Shown: one piece after another, positions 56,857 to 63,465 of the stretch
Position numbering within the stretch: position 1 is the stretch's first letter
Layout of the letters: the number at the start of each line of letters is the position of its first letter
Assembly (NCBI GenBank): GCA_910577555.1
Contig: CAJTLF010000009.1
Coordinates: 4,709 to 68,708, forward strand
DNA length: 64,000 bases
Direction: 5' to 3'
DNA from: an uncultured Christensenella sp.
GTDB lineage: Bacteria; Bacillota; Clostridia; Christensenellales; Borkfalkiaceae
The notes under the pieces: generated by a model
What the model saw: the letters and a program-made list of their open reading frames with translations, nothing else
Told to the model about the DNA's origin: nothing
Databases searched by the model: none
Program-made: the position numbers and the translations under genes

Positions 56857-57334
56857 CTTTTTTACCCCCGTAAAGCTCTTTTGAAATTTCGTAAATACTC
56901 TTATTTAACTTGCCCGCTTCGTTGAAACGCTTTTCCCTTAACGCGTTTTCAAGCTGCGTCTGTAAGCTTTTGAGTTTGCGGTGCAAGCCCTTTTCGTCGC
57001 GGTTTGCGCCCACCTTGCCTACGTGTTCCGTTTTGCCGTGTATAGCCGAAATAGCGGGCATAAGCTCTTCCTTGAATACGTCGTAACAGCTTGGACAGCC
57101 CAACAGCCCCGTACGCTTGTAATCGGCGTAAGTAGTTCCGCAGACGGGGCATGATTTTTCGGGCTCGGACGAGCCGAAAAGCCACGCGCAAACGTCGTCT
57201 GAAAGCTTGGAGTGCAACTCGCCGTACAACTCCTGATAGCACTTGTTGCACAGGTGACTTTCAAACTTATCCCCGTTTATTATTTCCACGTAATTTCTTG
57301 TCGCGACGTTTTTTTTACAACGCTGACACAACAT
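56849..57334 (-). CDS. mcsA: McsA (zinc-finger/UVR-domain activator of McsB)
   Basis: CQRC..(25)..CNKC, CPVCG...CPSC and a C-terminal UVR-like helix (LKSLQTQLENALREKRFNEAGKL). Confidence 0.85.
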   Translation of the reverse strand: MLCQRCKKNVATRNYVEIINGDKFESHLCNKCYQELYGELHSKLSDDVCAWLFGSSEPEKSCPVCGTTYADYKRTGLLGCPSCYDVFKEELMPAISAIHGKTEHVGKVGANRDEKGLHRKLKSLQTQLENALREKRFNEAGKLNKSIYEISKELYGGKKDD

Positions 57335-57468
57335 AATTTACTCCCCGCCGAAACTGCGGCGTTAAGGCGTTTTTTACTTTCACCTTTATTATAATGTTTT
57401 TAAAGGGCGCGTAAACATTCAAATTTAAAATATTAATTGAAAAATTCGTATTTTTTTATCTAATTAAT

Positions 57469-57497
57469 TTGTATAACGCAAATAGCCGTGTTATAAT
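57469..57497 (+). promoter_or_regulatory. Promoter (extended -10) of the NifU-like/GGGtGRT operon
   Basis: TTGTAT (57469-57474), 17 nt ending TGt, TATAAT (57492-57497). RBS GGAGGA lies 7 nt before ATG 57535. Confidence 0.55.
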
Positions 57498-57534
57498 TAT
57501 TCCGTTGAATAAAAAATTTTTTGGAGGAATCGTA

Positions 57535-58260
57535 ATGCAATATTCAAAGGATATTGAAAATATGATTTGCGTTGCCAAAGGCGTGTCCGGCAGATTCGAA
57601 CACGGTCCCGCTCCCATTCCCGAAGAAGGGCTTTGGGTGCAGGCAAAGGAAATCAAGGACATAAAGGGCTTTACGCACGGTATTGGCTGGTGCGCACCCC
57701 AGCAGGGCGCGTGCAAGCTTTCGCTCAACGTAAAGGACGGCGTTATCGAAGAAGCGTTGGTTGAAACGATAGGCTGCTCGGGTATGACCCACTCTGCGGC
57801 TATGGCGGCGGAAATACTCCCCGGCAAAACCATTCTCGAAGCTCTCAACACCGACCTTGTATGCGACGCCATTAACACCGCTATGCGCGAACTGTTCCTG
57901 CAAATCGTATACGGCAGAACGCAGTCGGCGTTTTCGGAAGACGGTCTTACCATCGGCGCGGGACTTGAAGACCTTGGCAAGGGCTTACGCTCGCAGGTAG
58001 GCACTATGTACGGCACGAAGCTCAAGGGCGTAAGATACCTTGAAATGGCAGAAGGCTACGTTATCGCGCTTGCGCTCGATAAGAACAACGAAGTTTGCGG
58101 ATATAAGTTCGTATCGCTGGGCAAAATGACCGATTTCATTAAGAAAGGTCTTACCCCCAACGAAGCGTACGAGAAAGCTATCGGCACTTACGGCAGATAC
58201 TCGAAAGAGAGCGGCGCGGTTAAGCATATTGACCCCAGAACGGACAAGGAGGTTGACTGA
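57535..58260 (+). CDS. NifU-N/IscU-like Fe-S scaffold-domain protein with about 110-aa C-terminal extension
   Basis: Cys-containing blocks GWCAPQQGAC, IGCSGMTHSAAMA and LVCDAINTA in the IscU-like order. ATG 57535 with a strong RBS is preferred over the ORF-track start 57469. Confidence 0.6.
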   Translation: MQYSKDIENMICVAKGVSGRFEHGPAPIPEEGLWVQAKEIKDIKGFTHGIGWCAPQQGACKLSLNVKDGVIEEALVETIGCSGMTHSAAMAAEILPGKTILEALNTDLVCDAINTAMRELFLQIVYGRTQSAFSEDGLTIGAGLEDLGKGLRSQVGTMYGTKLKGVRYLEMAEGYVIALALDKNNEVCGYKFVSLGKMTDFIKKGLTPNEAYEKAIGTYGRYSKESGAVKHIDPRTDKEVD

Positions 58261-58262
58261 TT

Positions 58263-59267
58263 ATGGCACTTTTCGAAAGCTATGAAAGACGCGAGAAAAA
58301 AATTCTGGGCGTGCTTAAAGAATACGGAATCAAATCCATTGAAGAATGCAAAGAAATTACTCTTAAAAAGGGTATCGACGTTGATAAAATCGTTCGCGGA
58401 ACACAGCCCATTTGCTTTGAAAACGCAGTTTGGGCTTACACCGTAGGCGCGGCTATCGCTATTAAGAGCGGTTGCAAAAAGGCTCACGAAGCGGCAACCA
58501 AAATAGGCGTTGGTTTACAGAGCTTCTGTATCCCCGGCTCGGTTGCGGAAAACAGAAAGGTCGGCCTCGGTCACGGTAATCTTGGCGCGATGCTCCTTTC
58601 CGAAGAAACCGATTGCTTCTGCTTTTTGGCAGGTCACGAATCCTTCGCGGCGGCGGAAGGCGCAATCAAGATTGCAGAAAACGCAAACAAGGTACGCGTA
58701 AAGCCCCTTAGGGTTATCCTTAACGGACTCGGCAAGGACGCGGCGTATATAATTTCGAGAATTAACGGCTTTACCTATTGCAGAACGAGTTTCGACCCCT
58801 ATACCGAAACGGTTAAGGTAGTTGACAGCGTAGCGTTCTCCGACGGCGCGAGAGCGAAAGTTAAATGCTACGGCGCAGATAACGTTCCCGAAGGCGTTGC
58901 GATTATGAAGTTGGAAAACGTATCCGTTTCCATTACGGGCAACTCCACCAACCCCACCCGTTTCCAGCACCCCGTTGCGGGAACTTATAAAAAGTGGTGC
59001 GTTGAAAACGGCGTTAAATACTTCTCGGTTGCATCGGGCGGCGGCACGGGCAGAACTCTTCACCCCGACAATATGGCGGCAGGTCCTTCTTCTTACGGTA
59101 TGACCGATACTATGGGCCGTATGCACTCCGACGCGCAGTTCGCAGGTTCTTCTTCCGTTCCCGCTCACGTTGAAATGATGGGTTTAATCGGTATGGGCAA
59201 CAACCCTATGGTTGGCGCAACCGTCGCGGTTGCGGTTGCCGTTCAGGAAGCTATGACGAAGAAATAA
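58263..59267 (+). CDS. GGGtGRT-motif protein (conserved family of unknown function)
   Basis: Eponymous motif SGGGTGRTLHPDN (GGGTGRT at nt 59037-59057). 334 aa. Starts 2 nt after the upstream stop. Confidence 0.7.
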   Translation: MALFESYERREKKILGVLKEYGIKSIEECKEITLKKGIDVDKIVRGTQPICFENAVWAYTVGAAIAIKSGCKKAHEAATKIGVGLQSFCIPGSVAENRKVGLGHGNLGAMLLSEETDCFCFLAGHESFAAAEGAIKIAENANKVRVKPLRVILNGLGKDAAYIISRINGFTYCRTSFDPYTETVKVVDSVAFSDGARAKVKCYGADNVPEGVAIMKLENVSVSITGNSTNPTRFQHPVAGTYKKWCVENGVKYFSVASGGGTGRTLHPDNMAAGPSSYGMTDTMGRMHSDAQFAGSSSVPAHVEMMGLIGMGNNPMVGATVAVAVAVQEAMTKK

Positions 59268-59289
59268 ACACAAAATATAGTATAAAAAT

Positions 59290-59325
59290 AGAGTTCTCAT
59301 ACAAGATATGGGAACTCTTTTTTTG
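59290..59325 (+). terminator. Intrinsic terminator of the GGGtGRT operon
   Basis: AGAGTTCtCAT-acaagat-ATGgGAACTCT-TTTTTTT. Confidence 0.8.
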
Positions 59326-59357
59326 TGTTTTTGTAACCATAGGGTTGTTTTCGCTCT

Positions 59358-59465
59358 CTCGTCCACATTTCGTCCACGTTCGCAAAAATTGTGGACGAGC
59401 ATATGAGGACGGAAATTGCGCCCTAATACCTGAAATGTGGACGAAAAATATATTCTCGTCCACAT
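59358..59465. repeat. Cluster of five to six copies of the 11-mer CTCGTCCACAT in both orientations, forming two inverted-repeat pairs with identical arms
   Basis: Plus-orientation copies: 59358-59368 (exact), 59369-59379 (TTCGTCCACGT), 59455-59465 (exact). Reverse-orientation copies: 59389-59399 (10/11), 59403-59413 (8/11), 59435-59445 (10/11). 10-bp perfect IR arms at 59358-59367/59390-59399 and at 59435-59444/59456-59465. Confidence 0.9.
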
Positions 59466-59482
59466 CTTTTATTGATTTTCAG

Positions 59483-60346
59483 TTATTTCGTCTCGTTATT
59501 TGAGCCGTTGTCGCCCGAATATATGGAAAGCCATATTTTCATACTTGCAAGCTCGCACTCGGCGAGCAACTTTGCCATACCTTCCGTCTTACTCTCAATG
59601 CGCGTACTGTATTTTTCCTTATCGCGGTAAGAACTTATTGCCGCATAATATCTGTCGCGTTCTTCATAACGAATATCGACAGGCAACAGCCCTAACAAAA
59701 TCATTTCATAGATTAAAAGCAATCTGCCCGTCCTGCCGTTACCGTCTATAAACGGGTGTATGTTCTCAAACTCAATATGATGCTTGGCAAGGTTATGGAA
59801 CAATTCAACCCAATTAAATTGTCCCTGCTCTGCAAGCTCGGCGTTGCGCTTGCAATCGGCTTGCAATTCTTCCGCATACGTTTTCATCTTTTCGGGGACT
59901 TCCGTAGGCGGGCAAGGCGTATATACGATTCTCGTCATATTGCCGACATAGTTCTGTATAGTCCTGTATTTACCCGCTTCTTCGTCGCCACGCAATACAA
60001 AGCCGTGAACTTGCTTTATAAATTCCTCGGTTATAGGCTTCTTTTCCTTAACCGATTCATAGAGAAAATCGAACGCTTGTTTATAGCCGACTATATCTTC
60101 GCTCTCTCTTAAAGAGTGTACGCCTGTAACTATTCCTTTTTCTATAAGCAACTTTGTCTCATCGAAAGTAAAGGTATTGCCCTCTATGGCGTTTGAGTTA
60201 TGGCTTGCGCTGATAGAGAACTCGTTATTGAAATATTTGAGTTCGCCTGCCGAAAGCGGACGAACTTGTTTCATAAGCGCATAGCTGTTGCCTATCTCGC
60301 CAATGATGACTATATACTTTTGCTGTTCTTCCATTTTTTTAGACAT
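59483..60346 (-). CDS. Fic-family protein (class II, N-terminal auto-inhibitory motif)
   Basis: Fic motif HPFIDGNGRTGR (nt 59723-59758). Inhibitory-helix motif S-N-A-I-E-G ([ST]xxxE[GN]) upstream of the core. Confidence 0.88.
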   Translation of the reverse strand: MSKKMEEQQKYIVIIGEIGNSYALMKQVRPLSAGELKYFNNEFSISASHNSNAIEGNTFTFDETKLLIEKGIVTGVHSLRESEDIVGYKQAFDFLYESVKEKKPITEEFIKQVHGFVLRGDEEAGKYRTIQNYVGNMTRIVYTPCPPTEVPEKMKTYAEELQADCKRNAELAEQGQFNWVELFHNLAKHHIEFENIHPFIDGNGRTGRLLLIYEMILLGLLPVDIRYEERDRYYAAISSYRDKEKYSTRIESKTEGMAKLLAECELASMKIWLSIYSGDNGSNNETK

Positions 60347-60368
60347 AGCCCGCTCTCCTTTGCCTTAT

Positions 60369-60397
60369 ATTATACTTATTTTTCAACCAATAGTCAA
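60369..60397 (-). promoter_or_regulatory. Consensus sigma-A promoter dedicated to fic
   Basis: Minus strand: TTGACT (60397-60392), 17 nt, TATAAT (60374-60369). RBS AAAGGAGAG. Confidence 0.65.
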
Positions 60398-60471
60398 GGT
60401 TAATTCAACCGTAAGACCGTCCTATTTAACAAGTCCAAAACCTTTTCTAAAAGCATTCGGGAAAGTTTTTT

Positions 60472-61773
60472 CTACATATACAAATCGTTTATCGCTTTTC
60501 TGCCACGTTCCCGCATCGTATCCGTTGTGTGCTCGTAAACGTCGATAGTGAGCTTCATATCCGTATGTCCCAAGCGTGTTTGTATGTACTTTTGGTCTAT
60601 GCCGATTTCGGCAAGCATGCTTGCGTGAGTGTGCCGTAGAGAATGAAAATCAAAATCTTTGAAGATATCTTTTTTGATACTTCGTGATACGTGTTGCATC
60701 GTTCTCGGACTGATAAATGTTCCGTTCTCCCTTACGCAGACCAAATATATCGGAAAATCTTCTTCATTGTTCCCGATCTTGTTTACGCCGATAGGATATT
60801 GCGGCTGTTTGCCTTCGAGAATTAATGGGCTATCGGCAAAATAGTTGGTATAGAAATTACCGTAATAATCTTTCGCGCGTAACTGTCTTGCTCTTTCCCG
60901 TATAAGTAAATTGTTCAGTTCGTCGCTTATCTCGATTACGCGATAGGATTTATATTTCGGCTCTGCAAAATACCAATATCCATTTCCGCTTTCAGACGTA
61001 CCGTTTTTCTGCAATTTATCCAAAGTATTGCGCTTCTCATCTTGCATCCATTGTACTTGTCTGTTGACATAAATCTGTTTCTTCTGAAAGTCAATATCGT
61101 CCCAACACAAGCCGAAAACTTCGCCCAACCGCAGCCCACACTCGTAACCGAGTTTTAAGGGAATATGGCTTGGATGCCGTTCGGGGAAACGCTCGAATAT
61201 CTGTTCCATTATTTCCTTTTTGATATAGACGTGCGGTGCAGAGCGCGTCGGTACTTTCGGTATTCTGTTCTTCGGCGTTTTCAACCGCACAGCTGGAGAG
61301 TAAGCAATATAATGATGATCGACCGCGTAATTCAAACTCTTGGTCAAGATTCCTTTAATGCTTGTGATAGAGTTATACGCAAATCCCTCGTCGTACAAAT
61401 CAACGATAAATGCTTGCAGAATTTCCCGACTTATAGATTTAAGTTTGTATTTACCCAACTTGGGTTTAATCTGATTTTTTATTGTGTTTACGTAACCGCT
61501 TACAGTATTCGGCTTCAAATCGATTTTACAGTCGTTCTCTATCCAATAATCAAGAAAGTCTGCGTATGACATTTTATCCTTTTCTACCACACGCCCGAAG
61601 TTCTCATATTGGTTTTGAGCTTCCCGTCCAGCTTGTCTTGCTTCGCCTTTTGTCTTGTAACCGCTTTTACTAATCCATTTACGCTGTCCGTCTACGCTTG
61701 CGATTTCAAACCTGTATTCGTATACAGCGCCGCCATTTGTCCGTTCCCGCCTTCTTATCTTAATTTCCGCCAT
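60472..61773 (-). CDS. int: Site-specific tyrosine recombinase (integrase) with N-terminal arm-binding (AP2-like) domain
   Basis: The catalytic region contains ..GLRLGE.., HSLRHTHASML and LGHTDMKLTIDVYEH (R..HxxR..Y). The N-terminus YEYRFEIASVDGQRKWISKSGYKTKGEARQA is typical of ICE/phage integrases. Confidence 0.9.
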   Translation of the reverse strand: MAEIKIRRRERTNGGAVYEYRFEIASVDGQRKWISKSGYKTKGEARQAGREAQNQYENFGRVVEKDKMSYADFLDYWIENDCKIDLKPNTVSGYVNTIKNQIKPKLGKYKLKSISREILQAFIVDLYDEGFAYNSITSIKGILTKSLNYAVDHHYIAYSPAVRLKTPKNRIPKVPTRSAPHVYIKKEIMEQIFERFPERHPSHIPLKLGYECGLRLGEVFGLCWDDIDFQKKQIYVNRQVQWMQDEKRNTLDKLQKNGTSESGNGYWYFAEPKYKSYRVIEISDELNNLLIRERARQLRAKDYYGNFYTNYFADSPLILEGKQPQYPIGVNKIGNNEEDFPIYLVCVRENGTFISPRTMQHVSRSIKKDIFKDFDFHSLRHTHASMLAEIGIDQKYIQTRLGHTDMKLTIDVYEHTTDTMRERGRKAINDLYM

Positions 61774-61785
61774 GCTTACTCCTTG

Positions 61786-62001
61786 TTATGCAACTAATTC
61801 CACAACGTTTTTCATATCGGAAAAATCGCAGTTTTCATATGCCGTCAAGAACTCGTCTATCGTGCTTTTCTTAATTTTTAAACCTCCGAGATTCAGCGCA
61901 GGCAAGTAACCGCTTCTTATCAGTTCGTAAACTTTCGGTTTGCCTATACCAAACATTTTACCGACTTCTGCCACCGTAAATAATACCTTGTTGTTTTCCA
62001 T
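61786..62001 (-). CDS. xis: Excisionase-family HTH DNA-binding protein
   Basis: 71 aa. FTVAEVGKMFGIGKPKVYELIRSGYLPALNLGG.KI matches the excisionase/MerR-like HTH pattern. Immediately upstream of int. Confidence 0.75.
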   Translation of the reverse strand: MENNKVLFTVAEVGKMFGIGKPKVYELIRSGYLPALNLGGLKIKKSTIDEFLTAYENCDFSDMKNVVELVA

Positions 62002-62033
62002 TCAATCCTCCTAAAATCTTAAAAATTACTACT

Positions 62034-62115
62034 CAAAAACGAAGGCGGGTATCCCGCTTCCGTCGTTGTTGGAGTAGGCGAAAAATCGACTTTGACGGCA
62101 GATTGAGCCTACTCC
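62034..62115 (-). promoter_or_regulatory. Two hairpins in the leader of xis-int; the proximal one is terminator-like
   Basis: Minus strand: GGAGTAGGC-27 nt-GCCTACTCC (62115-62071), then GAAGCGGG-ata-CCCGCcTTC-GTTTTT (62060-62034), ending 33 nt before the xis ATG. Confidence 0.5.
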
Positions 62116-62272
62116 TTATCCTGCTCAACTTTTAGGGCATTTTTAGCCTATTTTCTTACATTTGAATCTTTACCTCCGTAACATACTTTTTCGCAAAATT
62201 CCTTCACTATAAATGGACACTTACCTGTTGTTTTTCGGGGGTATGCCATTTGATTTGCCAAGAAAAAATTCC

Positions 62273-62387
62273 CTTCACTTATTAGAGAAAATTCGCTATA
62301 TCTGCACCCACTTTCAAGAAAAGTTTTTCGATTTATTTTTCAGGTCGGTAGTAGTCGCAAAAAGATGTCTTCACTTATTAGAGAAAA
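62273..62387 (+). repeat. 19-nt perfect direct repeat CTTCACTTATTAGAGAAAA (two copies 96 nt apart), plus a degenerate third copy near 62195-62213
   Basis: Copies at 62273-62291 and 62369-62387. The partial copy aaaattCCTTCACTAta has its CTTCACT core at 62202-62208. Confidence 0.85.
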
Positions 62388-62424
62388 ATAAGGGGATACT
62401 TGACGGTCTAATTTAAAAAACAGC

Positions 62425-62458
62425 ACAAAAAAATGACGAGCAATTTTTGCTCGTCATT
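62425..62458 (-). terminator. Intrinsic terminator after the PD-(D/E)XK gene
   Basis: Minus strand: AATGACGAGCA-aaaat-TGCTCGTCATT-TTTTTTgtgc. Confidence 0.8.
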
Positions 62459-62520
62459 CAGCAATATTAATTATTCAAATTAATTCAATTTATGGAAATG
62501 GTAAAATTTAATTTACTCTA

Positions 62521-63465
62521 TTATGAATTTATCCAAAGCTTAAATTCCTCAATTGTGATTGTCGTAATATTTGACAGGTCACAATCATATTCTGTATTTG
62601 CTACACCTTCAGGATTCTGCTCATAAAAATGCGGTATGTCAACTGCATTAAATAATTTCATGTTTTGAATAGCATATGTTCTATCAAATTTGAGCGAAGA
62701 TAAAATAGAATTATCTACATTTTTTATTAAATTTTCAATATGCAAAATAAGTGCTAAATTTGAATTATATTTTAATAAAATTTCATCTATTAATTCTTGT
62801 AACGAGAATCCACAATCATTCTTTTGAAGCATGAAAGATATAACTTTGATGTCATAAAGATCAGATAGTAATTGTTCGTGCCTAAATCTATGAACGCGAT
62901 TACTTTTTATTGTAGACTTAATTTCGATACGTTTATTTTCATTTATAGAGAAATCAAACTGCATTTTGTCTTTACTCTGCCAAAAAGGGGCTAAATCACA
63001 GTTATGTTCTTTGAAATATAGTATGGCAAATAATTCCGCATATAATCCCTGTAATTCCTTTTCTTGTGACACAGATTCCTTTGAAAAAAGTAATGTTAAT
63101 GCAGAAAATAATTTGGCTAAATGCCGTTGGTCATTTGGATTTGAAATTGCAAAAGCTTGAGTTAATCTCAAATATGCATCAGTAATTTCAGATTTTAAAT
63201 TTTTGCAAAGAAGAATGTGTAATGTTTTTATAGCAGTTTTATCTTCGAAGCAACATTGGGCATTCAAATTAAAAAAGTATGTTAAATTATTTGTAGATTG
63301 GATAAATGATTTGAGTTTCGGATTGTTAGATTCAATAGCGAAAGCTATATTTCCATTTGAATCTTTCCCAAAATAACTTTTATTAGAGTCATAAGAAAAA
63401 AATCTAAATCCTTCGTGAGGAACAGGCAAATCATTTAACTCTTGCTTTAATTCTTCATAATTCAT
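62521..63465 (-). CDS. PD-(D/E)XK-motif protein (putative nuclease), AT-rich cargo gene
   Basis: 314 aa. The central block ..MQFDFSINENKRIEIKST.. provides D-x10-E-x-K. SD GGAGG lies inside the end of the upstream ORF. The start abuts the upstream stop (TAAATG). Confidence 0.55.
   Translation of the reverse strand: MNYEELKQELNDLPVPHEGFRFFSYDSNKSYFGKDSNGNIAFAIESNNPKLKSFIQSTNNLTYFFNLNAQCCFEDKTAIKTLHILLCKNLKSEITDAYLRLTQAFAISNPNDQRHLAKLFSALTLLFSKESVSQEKELQGLYAELFAILYFKEHNCDLAPFWQSKDKMQFDFSINENKRIEIKSTIKSNRVHRFRHEQLLSDLYDIKVISFMLQKNDCGFSLQELIDEILLKYNSNLALILHIENLIKNVDNSILSSLKFDRTYAIQNMKLFNAVDIPHFYEQNPEGVANTEYDCDLSNITTITIEEFKLWINS

Noticed and set aside
57335-57534. CtsR operator or a small ctsR gene upstream of mcsA.
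   Set aside because: There is no ORF of suitable size and no tandem GGTCAAA heptads on either strand. Reported as an absence in the findings rather than as a feature.
59358-59465. Could the repeated 11-mers be a CRISPR array?
   Set aside because: The repeat unit is only about 11 nt. Copies occur in both orientations, the spacing is irregular (0-35 nt), and no cas genes are present. No CRISPR-like array occurs elsewhere in the window.
62213-62416. 67-aa plus-strand ORF in the xis upstream region.
   Set aside because: It has no RBS. Its length is a by-product of the in-frame 96-nt-spaced direct repeats (SLHLLEK and CLHLLEK). It sits in a region better explained as regulatory DNA or RNA.
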